From Thermoproteota archaeon (GTDB lineage: Archaea; Korarchaeota; Korarchaeia; Korarchaeales; Korarchaeaceae), in assembly GCA_027491415.1 (NCBI GenBank), contig JAOZFH010000026.1, positions 1 through 64,000 of the forward strand: a stretch of 64,000 bases of DNA, read 5' to 3'. The notes beneath the pieces are model-generated. The model was given only the letters and a program-made list of their open reading frames with translations. It was not told the origin of the DNA and did no database searches. Position 1 is the stretch's first letter. Every line of letters begins with the position of its first letter. Position numbers and translations under genes: made by a program. Shown here in pieces: positions 19,052-31,489 of the stretch.

Positions 19052-21112
19052 GTGCCAGCCAAGACCAGGAAGGAGAACTCGAGGGGACTTAAGGGTCATC
19101 TCATAGACTCCGCGCTAGTTCTCGCGGCTTATGCGGCCGGAGTCTTCATCCGCGCCCAGAGCGCCCTCAAATACGGGGTGAAGCTCACCTCCGACGACCC
19201 GCTCCTTCACTACATGATCACCAGGTATCTCATCGAGCACGGCCACCTTCCGCACTACTGGCCGCTTGGGTGGCACCCCTGGTCTTACGACCCCGCGAGG
19301 GTGCTTCCGGTCCTCCACTACTACCTGGGTGCGCTGATCTACCGATTGGCGGCCCTAGTCAAGCCAGGCATTTCCCTGCTGGAGGTCGTGGTATACACGC
19401 CCGCCTTCTTCGCGCCCCTCATGGTCATCCCGGTCTACCTCACCGCTAAGCTCCTGTGGGACGGCAGGAGGGTGCCAGCCTTAGCCGCCGCGATGCTGGC
19501 CAGCGTGAGCTATCCCGCGGTCATGAGGACCATCGCGGGCTTCTACAGGCACGAGCAGTTCGCCCTGCCCTTCCTGGCGGCCAGCTTCTACTTCACGCTG
19601 AGGGCAATGAAGGAGGAGGACGAGTCGAAGTCCCTGCTCTTCGCGGGGCTGAGCGGCCTGACGCTCGTGTGCGCGGCGGGGCTCTGGGCTGGGTTCAGGG
19701 CGCTCTACGACGGGTATCCGCTCTTCCTGCTCGGGCTAATGGCGTTCGACTGGGCCGACCTGAGGGACTACCTCGCGCTGGCGCTGCCCTCGGGCTACGT
19801 GATACTATCCTCGATCGCCCTGTATCCGCACCTCAACCAGAGGAGGGTCTACATCGGCATGGAGACCACGCTGGTCTACGGCGCCCTCTTGGCCGGAGCC
19901 GTCTACCTGCTCTGGCCCAGGTTGAGGTCAGACCTCGCCAGGAAGGTCGACCGGAGGATAGCCGCCCTAGCCACCTTCGGCGCTGTGATCGCCGTCCTCC
20001 TCGCCCTGGGAGTGTACAAACCGCTGACCGCCAGGCTGGCAAGGGTGGTATTCCCGTGGATCGAACTCCCCAAGGGTAGCGTGGTGGAGACCGTTGCCGA
20101 GCACAGACCGGGGGCCATCGGTCAGAGCATGAAGATCATACTGCTGCCCGCCCTCCTCGGCCTGGGGCTCATGTTCCTAGAGAGGAGGAGGGACAAGGAG
20201 CACCTCTTAGTCGTCTACTTCACGGCGCTCACGCTGTACTTCTCCTACTCCATAGTCAGGCTCCCGCCCCTGGCTTCCCCGTTCGTGGCGCTATCCGCGG
20301 CCTACCTCACCAACAGGGCCTGGGATGCCTGGGAGTCCAGGGCAAAGAGGTTCTCCGCCGGCAGGAGAGGAAAAGCCAAGAAGATAAGCCTCTCTCGCAA
20401 GATAAAGGTTCTGGCCCTCCCAATCGCCATGGTCGTCCTCTTCACGGTCCTCCCGCTCGCTGGAACCGCCTACAGGTCCTATCAGCTGGCCGCCCGCTAC
20501 AGGCTGGGGTTCACCCAGGGCTGGGACGACGCTCTCTCCTACATGAGGGAGAACGCGGAGCGGCAAACCGCGATCTCCTGGTGGGACTACGGTTACTGGT
20601 TAGCCTACGGTTCGGACGTCGTCACGCTGGCGGACGGGCTCACCATAAACAGCACCCAGATCCGGCTGATAGCGAGGGGATTCATGGGGTCGGAGGAGGA
20701 CCTCCTCGACCTAGCCATGAGGTTCAACGCCAGCTACGTCGTCATCGACTTGCTCGGGGAGGTCTACGACCCTTACACTGGCCAGTTCCTCAGCCCGCAC
20801 GGTGGAAAGTGGCTGGCGATAGGCTGGATCGCGGGGGAGTTCGAGTACAGCCCCTACACCGAGCCGTACAAGTTCGGCGAGTACGACATCCCGAGGCTCT
20901 TCCAGTATGTCCAGGAGGCGAACAGGTACTTCCCGACGGACTACGCGCTGCAGAAGTCCCTGTTCAAGCTGAGCCTGCACGCAATCTCTGAGTTCCAGAA
21001 CCAGACCTATGGGCCAGCCCCGGAGATGTTCGATCTCGTGCACATAGGCGGGAAGTCCATCGGAGTGCCGAACGTCGCAATCTACAGGGTGAGAGGGATT
21101 GAGGGCCCCTGA
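19052..21112 (+). CDS. aglB: Oligosaccharyltransferase AglB (STT3)
   Basis: Many TM helices, DDP, TVAEH and WWDYG motifs. Confidence 0.93.
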   Translation: MPAKTRKENSRGLKGHLIDSALVLAAYAAGVFIRAQSALKYGVKLTSDDPLLHYMITRYLIEHGHLPHYWPLGWHPWSYDPARVLPVLHYYLGALIYRLAALVKPGISLLEVVVYTPAFFAPLMVIPVYLTAKLLWDGRRVPALAAAMLASVSYPAVMRTIAGFYRHEQFALPFLAASFYFTLRAMKEEDESKSLLFAGLSGLTLVCAAGLWAGFRALYDGYPLFLLGLMAFDWADLRDYLALALPSGYVILSSIALYPHLNQRRVYIGMETTLVYGALLAGAVYLLWPRLRSDLARKVDRRIAALATFGAVIAVLLALGVYKPLTARLARVVFPWIELPKGSVVETVAEHRPGAIGQSMKIILLPALLGLGLMFLERRRDKEHLLVVYFTALTLYFSYSIVRLPPLASPFVALSAAYLTNRAWDAWESRAKRFSAGRRGKAKKISLSRKIKVLALPIAMVVLFTVLPLAGTAYRSYQLAARYRLGFTQGWDDALSYMRENAERQTAISWWDYGYWLAYGSDVVTLADGLTINSTQIRLIARGFMGSEEDLLDLAMRFNASYVVIDLLGEVYDPYTGQFLSPHGGKWLAIGWIAGEFEYSPYTEPYKFGEYDIPRLFQYVQEANRYFPTDYALQKSLFKLSLHAISEFQNQTYGPAPEMFDLVHIGGKSIGVPNVAIYRVRGIEGP

Positions 21113-22214
21113 CCCACTCTCATACTTCGAACGCGAGGACGAGGTGGAGAGGCAGGCCTTTGCGGAGCTCAAGAAGAGGTTCGTCGCGGAGGCCTCCCCC
21201 CGCCACCTGCGAGAGCTGCCGAACTTCACCTTCGCCCTGATAAAACCGGGGTGCTACGCGAGAGGCCTGGCGCCGGAGGTCATCAGGAGGCTGAAGTCCG
21301 CCGGATTCAGAATCGTCGACTACAGGATCGCCAGGTTCACGCCTGAGATAATCGACGAGCTTTACAAGTTCGTGAAGCTGAAGTACGCGAACTCCTGGTG
21401 GATCATGGAGAAGGTCTACACCACATCACCTACCGTGGCCCTGCTCCTCAAGGGGAACCCCGGAGCCAGCGAGCACCTCTCCGAGAGGTTGAGGGAGATA
21501 CTGGGGCCGACGACCCCCGACGCCGGCAGACCCGGTCAGATAAGGTACGACCTCAAGGGGGTCAACAGGGTCCTCAACCTCGTCCACGCCTCAGACGACC
21601 CGGCGGCCGCCGTGAGGGAGGCGCTAATCTTCTTCGACATGGGAGAGGTCCTCGACGCACTCGCGTCCGAGACGGACGTGGAGGTACCAGCTGACAGCGT
21701 AACTCCTGAGAGCGAGGTCAACATCTCCAGGTGGGGGCAGCTGAACGCGGTCAAGACCAGGGCGGCGGAGCACCTAGACGGCGGCTCCGCCCGCGTCCGC
21801 GAGTTGCTGAGCAGAGAAGCGGAGATCGTGCGGGCCAACCTTCCCATAGACGAGGAGAGGGCCGAGCTCATGCCAGTTGAGGCAGAGCTGGCCAGGTGGG
21901 CTATGGGAGAGGTCGAGAGGCTTGCCGGGGTGCTCGTGAGGGAGGCCAGGTCGCGCGCGAACGTGAGGGACAAGAGGCCGGTCTACCGGGAGGTGGACTC
22001 GCGCCTCACGGCCGCCAAGATCATCCTCGCCCTGAGCGACGAGCGTTTCCTCGCCGATTTCAGCGAGTTCGACGAGCTCCTGATGGCCTCCATTCACTAC
22101 GGGTTCGTGGAGGACGACTGGGAGGAGATAGTGGCCCACAGCACCTGGGCGGTCATGCCGCAGATGGTGAGGGACCTCGAGTCCAGGGGCAAGCCGGTGA
22201 TCTCCTCGGCGTGA
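21099..22214 (+). CDS. Nucleoside-diphosphate kinase domain protein with long C-terminal extension
   Basis: TFALIKP, LGPTTP...PGQIR, NLVHASD with catalytic His. Confidence 0.8.
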   Translation: MRAPDPLSYFEREDEVERQAFAELKKRFVAEASPRHLRELPNFTFALIKPGCYARGLAPEVIRRLKSAGFRIVDYRIARFTPEIIDELYKFVKLKYANSWWIMEKVYTTSPTVALLLKGNPGASEHLSERLREILGPTTPDAGRPGQIRYDLKGVNRVLNLVHASDDPAAAVREALIFFDMGEVLDALASETDVEVPADSVTPESEVNISRWGQLNAVKTRAAEHLDGGSARVRELLSREAEIVRANLPIDEERAELMPVEAELARWAMGEVERLAGVLVREARSRANVRDKRPVYREVDSRLTAAKIILALSDERFLADFSEFDELLMASIHYGFVEDDWEEIVAHSTWAVMPQMVRDLESRGKPVISSA

Positions 22215-22251
22215 GGTGAACCCCTTATAACTCGGGCATATCCTGCGCTAA

Positions 22252-24495
<2,244 letters not shown>

Positions 24496-24537
24496 GGGGA
24501 AACCCTTTTTATGGGGCTTTCCTCCCCCTCCCCTCCG

Positions 24538-24614
24538 GGCGGGGTAGCTCAGCTAGGTAGAGCGCCCGGCTGTTAACCGGGCGGTCGTGGGTTCGAGTCC
24601 CACCCCCGCCGCCA
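24538..24614 (+). tRNA. tRNA-Asn (GTT), CCA encoded, no intron
   Basis: Acceptor GGCGGGG/CCCCGCC, anticodon arm CCCGG-CTGTTAA-CCGGG, T loop TTCGAGT. Confidence 0.97.
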
Positions 24615-24642
24615 CTTCTGATCTTTCATGCGGGACAGCGCG

Positions 24643-26481
24643 TCAGGAGGATCCAACGAACACCGGTCTCCTGCTCAGCCTCATAGGGACGTTTAGAGGC
24701 CTGAATGGCTTGCCCTCGGTGAGAGACTTGATCTCAGAGATCAGCTCCTCCACGCCAGCCTCGTATTCAGCGCCGTCTCTCCTCCTCCTGATCGAGAGCC
24801 TCCCGGTCTCCTGCTCCCGCTTGCCCACAACGACGACATAGGGAATCCACCTTCTCTCGGCTTCTCTGATCCTCTTGGCCAGAGTCAGCTCCCTATCATC
24901 GACGTCTGCCCTTATTCCGCTTGAATTCAATCTATCAGCGAGGGAGAGGGCAAATTCAACGTTGTCCATCGATATGGGGATAACCCTGACCTGCGTGGGC
25001 GCTAGCCACACCGGCAGGGAGGGCTTCTCCCCCCTGGCGGTCGACTTCGCCGCAGTCTCCAAGATGGCGTACATCAGCCTCTCGACGCTCCCCATGGAGG
25101 TGTGGACTATGACGCCCGGCCTCTTGTTTCCGTCCCGGTCGACGTAGAAGATACCGTACCTCTCAGAGTCCTCCACATCCAGCTGGACCGTGCTGAGCTG
25201 GCCGTTCCCCTCAGAGGTGTCGACGACCTGGAACTCGTGCTTTAGGGCCCAGTAGTGCTTCATCTTTGGGAGGAGCTCTATGAGGGCAGGCTTGCCTACG
25301 GCCGACAGCATCCTCACGATCGCCGGCTTGAGCCTCTCGTAGAAGCTCTCCACGATCCTGAACACGACCGCGTAATCCACGTTGAGATCTCGCAGCAGGC
25401 GGTGGTACTCCGTGAAGTACCGCTCGTACATCTCCATCCCCTGATCCACATCGGCCACGAAGGAGTGGATATCGGGCATCGTGAAGGCCCTGAGCCTCCT
25501 CAGGCCGACGCACTCCCCCCTCTGCTCGAGCCTGAAGGATGGGGAGATCTCGTAGAAGCTGAGGGGCAGATCCCTATAGGAGATGTTCATGTCTCTCATC
25601 ATGGAGAAGAGGCCGAAGTCGCCGGCGAACCTCAGTATAAGGGTGGTCTTTCCCATAGGGATCTGATAATTCCTCTCCCTGAACTTCGCCGCCTGGCCAG
25701 CTATGGCGGGATCGTCGAGCCTGTAGAGCAGGGGAGTCTCGATCTCCATGGCCCCTATCCTGTGGGCGACCTCGAACGCGAGGTCCTCGATGAGCCTCTT
25801 CACCAGCGTTCCCTCGGGGTAGAAGCGGAAGTGACCGACGTCGGAGGAGGGCTCGTAGTCGACCAGCTCCAGCCTCCTCATGAGCCGTATGTGCTCGGGC
25901 TCCCTGCCGGATGGGGGCTTGCCGAACACCTCATTTCGCACCACTATCCTGAGCTCGGGGTCCTCGATCCACTCCCAGCCGTCTACTTCACGCTCGCTTC
26001 CGTCGGGAAAGAGAATTACGAACCTGCTGACCTCCTCAGCCTCCTCCTCTACTGAGGCCTCCCCCTCCCCTTCCGGGCGGATGGTCCTCAGGGACTCGGC
26101 CAGTGGGTGACCCTTCACCTTGATCTCGAACTCCTTGTACCAGCCGATCGGCACTGGGTGAACGGTGAAGCCCGTATCGGCCAAGGACTTCAGCAGCGAG
26201 GTGTATAGATCCAGGGCTTTCTGGAACGGGGCTGGCTCCTCGGTGAGGTGGACCCAGGGATACAGCACGAGTTCGCTCACTCCGAGGCGGCTCGCCAGCG
26301 TCTTGACCTCTGAGACCGCGCTGTCAACGGAACTCTGGTCGTCAAAGGACTCAAAGGCGGTGAATAGGACGAGAACCTCCTCGTACTCGGCCTCGCGCTC
26401 CTCAGGCTCGGGGGCGGAGGCCACGGCCCTATCCCTAACCCTATACCAGATCCTGTCCGAGTGAAGCGCGAATATCTTCAC
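24643..26481 (-). CDS. thrS: Threonine--tRNA ligase (archaeal, with N-terminal editing domain)
   Basis: LYPWVHL and GWYK..KGHPLAE editing domain, FRLEQRGE, HTSMGSVER; GTG start overlaps mvk stop. Confidence 0.96.
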   Translation of the reverse strand: MKIFALHSDRIWYRVRDRAVASAPEPEEREAEYEEVLVLFTAFESFDDQSSVDSAVSEVKTLASRLGVSELVLYPWVHLTEEPAPFQKALDLYTSLLKSLADTGFTVHPVPIGWYKEFEIKVKGHPLAESLRTIRPEGEGEASVEEEAEEVSRFVILFPDGSEREVDGWEWIEDPELRIVVRNEVFGKPPSGREPEHIRLMRRLELVDYEPSSDVGHFRFYPEGTLVKRLIEDLAFEVAHRIGAMEIETPLLYRLDDPAIAGQAAKFRERNYQIPMGKTTLILRFAGDFGLFSMMRDMNISYRDLPLSFYEISPSFRLEQRGECVGLRRLRAFTMPDIHSFVADVDQGMEMYERYFTEYHRLLRDLNVDYAVVFRIVESFYERLKPAIVRMLSAVGKPALIELLPKMKHYWALKHEFQVVDTSEGNGQLSTVQLDVEDSERYGIFYVDRDGNKRPGVIVHTSMGSVERLMYAILETAAKSTARGEKPSLPVWLAPTQVRVIPISMDNVEFALSLADRLNSSGIRADVDDRELTLAKRIREAERRWIPYVVVVGKREQETGRLSIRRRRDGAEYEAGVEELISEIKSLTEGKPFRPLNVPMRLSRRPVFVGSS

Positions 26482-27482
26482 GATACCACCTCCTCGATTC
26501 GAACGCCCTCCTCGGCCAGGGGGGCGGGGAGAGACCTGAAGCCGCACTCCTCTATGGCCGAGGCTATCCTCTCGGCCGCACCCTTCTCGCTGAGCGAGAC
26601 GGCGCAGCCTCCCCCGCCGGCGCCCGAGAGCTTGCTGCCGAGCGCGCCGGCGGATCTGGCAGCCCAGACTATGCGGTCTAGCTCGGGTGAAGAGACGCCG
26701 AGGGCGGCGAGGAGGCCGTGGTTCACGTTCATGAGGCGGCCCAAGGCAGCCGCGTCGCCGGAAATCAGCGCCTCCTTTCCGGAGCGGACGAGGTCTCCGA
26801 TCGCGGAGACTATCTTGGCGTGGGGAGCGGGCACCTCCTCTGCCAGCTTGGCAACCCTCTCAATCATCTCTTTGGTCCTGCTGGGCCTCCCGGTAATCCC
26901 CATGACGAAGCTCAGACTCGGCGCCTCGCCAAAGGGTTCGGCGGACATACCTCCGTCCGACCACTCTATCCATATTATGCCTCCGAGGACCGCGCAGGCT
27001 GGGCCCGTCTTGCTGGCCTTCCCGTGTATAATGGTCTCGAAAGAGTAGGTCTCCTCCAAGATCTCCTCACGGGAGAGGTCCAGCCCGAGGGCCCTGGAGG
27101 CGGCGGCCACCAGCGCGGCCGAGACGCTCGCGGAGCTCGCCATCCCGCTGTTGACCGGTACGTCCGAGTCGATCTTCACCTTCAGACCGACGTCGCGTCC
27201 CATCCATCTCCCAAGGAATCCGGCAACTCCCCTAGCCAGGGGCTCGAGCGCCGGGTGCCCCCTCACATCGACCAGCGAAGACCCCCCAGACAGCCTGGCC
27301 AGGAGACCGGACTCGAAGGCTGTAGACTCTATCTCCACCACTCCCGGCTTGGGAGTCACCTCCACCGTGACGTGAGACCTCACGTCTATGGAGGCTGCCA
27401 GAGCCGGCTGCCTGTATAGGACGGCGTGCTCTCCAAGCAGGAATGCCTGAGAGGGAGCTGATGCCCTGGCCCTGATGGGCAT
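26478..27482 (-). CDS. mvk: Mevalonate kinase (GHMP)
   Basis: GEHAVLY, PVNSGMASSAS, KLSGAGGGGC. Confidence 0.88.
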   Translation of the reverse strand: MPIRARASAPSQAFLLGEHAVLYRQPALAASIDVRSHVTVEVTPKPGVVEIESTAFESGLLARLSGGSSLVDVRGHPALEPLARGVAGFLGRWMGRDVGLKVKIDSDVPVNSGMASSASVSAALVAAASRALGLDLSREEILEETYSFETIIHGKASKTGPACAVLGGIIWIEWSDGGMSAEPFGEAPSLSFVMGITGRPSRTKEMIERVAKLAEEVPAPHAKIVSAIGDLVRSGKEALISGDAAALGRLMNVNHGLLAALGVSSPELDRIVWAARSAGALGSKLSGAGGGGCAVSLSEKGAAERIASAIEECGFRSLPAPLAEEGVRIEEVVS

Positions 27483-27581
27483 TGTTGGTTGGTCAGCGGT
27501 CGCCCGAATATATTAACACCCCGGTCAGCCCGGGGCAGGCTCAGAATTGGAAAAGACTGTTCCAAAAAGGGGGTTGAGGGG

Positions 27582-28661
27582 TCAGCCTCCCCTGATGAAG
27601 TCCTCGACCATCTGCCTGGCCACAGGGTCGGGGTACTGTTTGGGCGGGTGCTTGAAGAAGTATGCGCTGACCCCAACCAGCGGCCCGGCGATTCCCCTGT
27701 CCTTCGCTATCTTCACGGCTCTGATCGCGTCGATCGCCACGCCTGCGGCGTTCGGCGAGTCCATGACGCTCAGCTTGACGTCGATGTAGATCGGGAACCC
27801 GCCGAACTGCTCGGCCTTGAGCCAGACGTACATGACCTTCCTGTCGCCGAGGAATGGAACGAAGTCGCTGGGGCCGATCCTTGCCTTGACCTCATACGGG
27901 ACGAGGCTGGTGACCGCCTCCGTCTTGCTGATCCTCTTGGTGGTGAGCCTGTCCTCCTCGATCATGTTGAGGAAGTCTGTGTTGCCTCCTATGTTCAGCT
28001 GGTAAGTCTCGATAATCTTGAGGCCCCTGGCCACGGCCAAGTCGACGATGGCCCTGTGGAGAATGGTCGCGCCGAGCTGGCTCTTGAAGTCGTCGCCCGC
28101 GGCGGGCACGCCAGCCTCCTCGAACTTCTTGCCCCACTCTGAGTCGCTGACGATGAACTCGGGTATCCCGTTGACGAATCCGGTGCCCGACTCCAGCGCC
28201 GCCCTGGCGTATGCCCTGCTGGCCTCGTAGGAGCCGACAGGGACCAGGTTCACGAGCACATCGGCGCCGACCTCCTTCAGGACATCGGCGACGTTGACGC
28301 TGGGCCTGGAGTCGTCCACCTTGAAGCCCTCGCCGTACTTGAAGTCCCTCATGTGCGGGGCCACCCCATCCAGCACGGGCCCCTTGAGGACCTCGACCCC
28401 CAGCTTGGGAACGTCCGCGAACTTGGGCACGCAGTTAGGAGGCGAGAATATCGCCTCAGACAGGTCCTTACCCAGCTTCCTCTCGTCCACATCAAAGGCC
28501 GCCACGAACTCGATGTCAGACACGTGGTAAGGGCCGAACTTGACATGCATCAGACCCGGAACGAAGCTGTCATCCGGGGCATCCCTGTAGAAATAGACAC
28601 CCTGCACGATCGCGGAGGCAACGTTCCCGACGCCCGCCAAGGCCACCCTGACCTTGCCCAT
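27582..28661 (-). CDS. ino1: myo-inositol-1-phosphate synthase
   Basis: GVGNVAS, GDDFKSQLGAT, QLNIGGNTDF, DSPNAAG. Confidence 0.95.
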   Translation of the reverse strand: MGKVRVALAGVGNVASAIVQGVYFYRDAPDDSFVPGLMHVKFGPYHVSDIEFVAAFDVDERKLGKDLSEAIFSPPNCVPKFADVPKLGVEVLKGPVLDGVAPHMRDFKYGEGFKVDDSRPSVNVADVLKEVGADVLVNLVPVGSYEASRAYARAALESGTGFVNGIPEFIVSDSEWGKKFEEAGVPAAGDDFKSQLGATILHRAIVDLAVARGLKIIETYQLNIGGNTDFLNMIEEDRLTTKRISKTEAVTSLVPYEVKARIGPSDFVPFLGDRKVMYVWLKAEQFGGFPIYIDVKLSVMDSPNAAGVAIDAIRAVKIAKDRGIAGPLVGVSAYFFKHPPKQYPDPVARQMVEDFIRGG

Positions 28662-28783
28662 CCAATCACCCCCCACGCAAAGCATAAGACCCCCGCTTTT
28701 ATATTATGCGGTCGTGTAAGGTCGCCGAAAATCGGCGCCATCCCGTGCCCGGTGGGCCGAACCCCCGCAAGAAAAGTGTGAGT

Positions 28784-29029
28784 TCAGGGGGAGGCCTCCC
28801 GAACCTCCTCCTCAAGCTTGCCCTTATCGAGGGACAGGTGGGCGCTGACCGCCCGGCCCTGGTAGGATATGGACACCCAGCCGCCGTGCTTGAAGACCAC
28901 CAGGCACCCCGAGCTGGACTCGGCCACGGTCTTGGTCGGGTACCTCTTGATGACGTATCCCCTCTCCCTCAGCTTGGCTGCTACATCGTCTGAAACCAGC
29001 TTTGCCTCCATGATTCGTCCCCCCTCCAA
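28784..29029 (-). CDS. Small hypothetical protein
   Basis: Typical codon usage, GGAGG RBS, in a co-directional gene run. Confidence 0.6.
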   Translation of the reverse strand: MEGGRIMEAKLVSDDVAAKLRERGYVIKRYPTKTVAESSSGCLVVFKHGGWVSISYQGRAVSAHLSLDKGKLEEEVREASP

Positions 29030-29113
29030 TTTGTACCGCTAAGGAGGCGAGGTCTCCTTGTAGGTCACCATCTCTCTCAGATAAAATAAAAAATTCGGTA
29101 GAGAGGGGCGGCG

Positions 29114-29374
29114 TCAGATCGGCACGGGGAGAGGGGTCAGCGGGCCCCTGAGCGGCGGATGAGGCGGCACGCATATGGCCGCGGGGGGGTCGGGCGCCGG
29201 CTGGGGCGCCCCTATCCCGGTCCAATGGACAACGTGCTCCTCGGGAACCCTCTCATAAGGTAGATAAACGACTACTACTTGATACGGGAACGCTAAAGCT
29301 ACCGTTGCGCTCACCAACGCCGCCACGAGCGCCATCGCGGCGAGTCGCCTGGGCCACCCTCCCAACCGAGACAC
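29114..29374 (-). CDS. Small secreted/membrane protein with Pro-rich tail
   Basis: N-terminal hydrophobic helix and Pro-rich C-terminus. Confidence 0.5.
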   Translation of the reverse strand: MSRLGGWPRRLAAMALVAALVSATVALAFPYQVVVVYLPYERVPEEHVVHWTGIGAPQPAPDPPAAICVPPHPPLRGPLTPLPVPI

Positions 29375-29441
29375 CTACGGTATCGAAGCCGAGGAGAAAA
29401 AAGAAGGGCGCTCGACGCCCGCCTTATGGTAGTAAGTTCCC

Positions 29442-30815
29442 TCAGGACAGCCCCTTCTCTCTCTCCACCTCTCCCATCTTGTCCAGGATTATGTCGATGG
29501 CCTTCCAGAGGTACTCCTCCGGTATGTTGAGGGGCGGGGCTATCCTGATTGTGCTGACGCCAGCCGTGATCACGGCTACGCCGCTCTTCCAGGCCCGCAT
29601 CATGACCTCCGCCGCCTCCTTCTTCGCTGGCTCCTTGGTCTCCCTGTCCTTGACGAGCTCAACGCCTATCATGAAGCCCTTCCCCCTGACGTCTCCCACC
29701 AGCGGGTGTTCGCTCATGGCGTCCACCAGCCGCTTCTTCACCTCCTCTCCGAGCTTCGCTGCCCTCTCAACCAGGTTTTCCCTCTCGATGACTGAGATCG
29801 TCGCGAGGCTGGCGGCGCACGAGACGGGGTTGCCGCCGAACGTGCTGGCGTGGGATCCTCCGACCCAGTCCATCAGCTCCTCCTTAGCTATCAGTGCCCC
29901 GAGCGGCAGCCCTCCACCGAGGGCCTTGGCCGAGGTGATGGCGTCGGGCACCACCCCCCAGTGCTCGATGGCCCACCACTTGCCGGACCGCCCCATGCCA
30001 GACTGGACCTCGTCCACTATCAGCAGGATCCCGTGCTTGTCTGCCAGCTTCCTGAGCCGCTCGAAGTACCCCCGGGGCGGCGGGACGTAGCCGCCCTCCC
30101 CCTGGATTGGCTCGATCACGAAGGCCGCGACCTCGTCCGGAGGGACATACTTGTTCAGCACCCACTCCTCGATGAAGTCCACGCAGTAGAGCCCGCAGTC
30201 CGGGAACTGCTGCCTGAACGGACACCTGTAGCAGTAGGGGTAGGGTACGTGGACGACGCTTGGTATGAGCGGGGAGAACCGCCCCCTCTGGACGGGCTTG
30301 CTCGACGTCAGGCTCAACGAGCCGAGGGTCCTGCCGTGAAAGGCCCCTATGAAGCCGATGAAGTACTGCCGCCTGGTGTGCCAGCGGGCCATCTTGAGCG
30401 CGGCCTCGACTGCCTCCGTCCCGCTGTTCCCGAAGTAGACCCTCTTCCTGAAGTCTCCCGGCGTGATCTCGACGAGCTTCTCGGCTAGCCTGACGGAGGG
30501 CTCGTAGTAGAAGTCCGTGTTCGAGTAGTGAAGTAGGAGATCCGCCTGCTCCTTTACGGCCTTGAGGACCTCGGGGTGCCCGTGGCCAACGTTCATGACG
30601 GCCAGGCCCGAGTTGAGGTCTATGTACACGTTGCCGTCAACGTCATAGAGGAGGGCACCCTTAGCGTGATCGACCACCAAGGGATAAAACCTCACGTAGG
30701 ACGGCGAGATGACCCTTTGATCCCGTTCGAGGAGTTCGCGAGCCTTGGGGCCGGGCGGCTCGACTAGTATCTTGGGAACCTCCTCCAAGAGCCGACACCC
30801 GAGGCCCCCCCTCAA
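29442..30815 (-). CDS. Class III PLP aminotransferase (ornithine/4-aminobutyrate type)
   Basis: NSGTEA, FHGRT, EPIQGEGG, DEVQSGMGR, SAKALGGG. Confidence 0.92.
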   Translation of the reverse strand: MRGGLGCRLLEEVPKILVEPPGPKARELLERDQRVISPSYVRFYPLVVDHAKGALLYDVDGNVYIDLNSGLAVMNVGHGHPEVLKAVKEQADLLLHYSNTDFYYEPSVRLAEKLVEITPGDFRKRVYFGNSGTEAVEAALKMARWHTRRQYFIGFIGAFHGRTLGSLSLTSSKPVQRGRFSPLIPSVVHVPYPYCYRCPFRQQFPDCGLYCVDFIEEWVLNKYVPPDEVAAFVIEPIQGEGGYVPPPRGYFERLRKLADKHGILLIVDEVQSGMGRSGKWWAIEHWGVVPDAITSAKALGGGLPLGALIAKEELMDWVGGSHASTFGGNPVSCAASLATISVIERENLVERAAKLGEEVKKRLVDAMSEHPLVGDVRGKGFMIGVELVKDRETKEPAKKEAAEVMMRAWKSGVAVITAGVSTIRIAPPLNIPEEYLWKAIDIILDKMGEVEREKGLS

Positions 30816-30927
30816 TGAACCGTAAAAATATTATCCCCTTTGGAGTCAGGGGAATCTCCCTAGCCCCTTGAGGGCAGGCGGAGCGAGACCGTTGGCCTTC
30901 CCCTTGGATTGGAAGTTTGGTTTAGGG

Positions 30928-31377
30928 CTAGTCAAGAGAGCCCTTAGGAGAGACCTTTTTGAGTAGCTCAGGCCTCATGGCGTCGTACTTGCAGATGAGC
31001 TGCGCCGTCTCCGCGTATTTTTCCCTGGACCCGACATCCGAGTCGCAGAAGACTCCGAGCTTACGGGCCGTGTAGCAGGCCTCGCAGACCAGGATCGCCG
31101 CCTCGTCCTTCCCGAGCTTGCCCTCGGCCAATCCTCGGGCCAACCTCTTCACGATGGAGATCACCTCTGGGTACTTGTCCAGCCTCAGCTTTCCTCCCCT
31201 GGTCCCCCTCAAGTACTGGCTAATGGCCGCCTGAGTGACTCCGAGGAGTTCGGCCGCCTCAACTTGCTTCTTCCCCGAGTTCATAACCAGCTCTCTCGCC
31301 ACCATCGCCCTTATCGCTGGGATCAGCGTCTTTACGACGAGTTCGCAGGGCTGAGCTATCATTCGCTTCACCTTCAC
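30928..31377 (-). CDS. HTH transcriptional regulator (COG2522-like)
   Basis: PCELVVK..IPAIRA, AELLGVTQAAISQYL, CxxC. Confidence 0.85.
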   Translation of the reverse strand: MKVKRMIAQPCELVVKTLIPAIRAMVARELVMNSGKKQVEAAELLGVTQAAISQYLRGTRGGKLRLDKYPEVISIVKRLARGLAEGKLGKDEAAILVCEACYTARKLGVFCDSDVGSREKYAETAQLICKYDAMRPELLKKVSPKGSLD

Positions 31378-31489
31378 GGGGTTTTACGATATATTACGCC
31401 CGTTTTACAGGGGGCTTATTAAGTCATCGGTCCCGGCAGGATGGCTGGGAAGCTTTGAAAACTGTGACCTCCGCCCTGCGGCAGAGCGG

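Noticed and set aside
24538-24614. tRNA-Asn as an integration site
   Set aside because: Flanked by housekeeping genes; no integrase or att duplication seen
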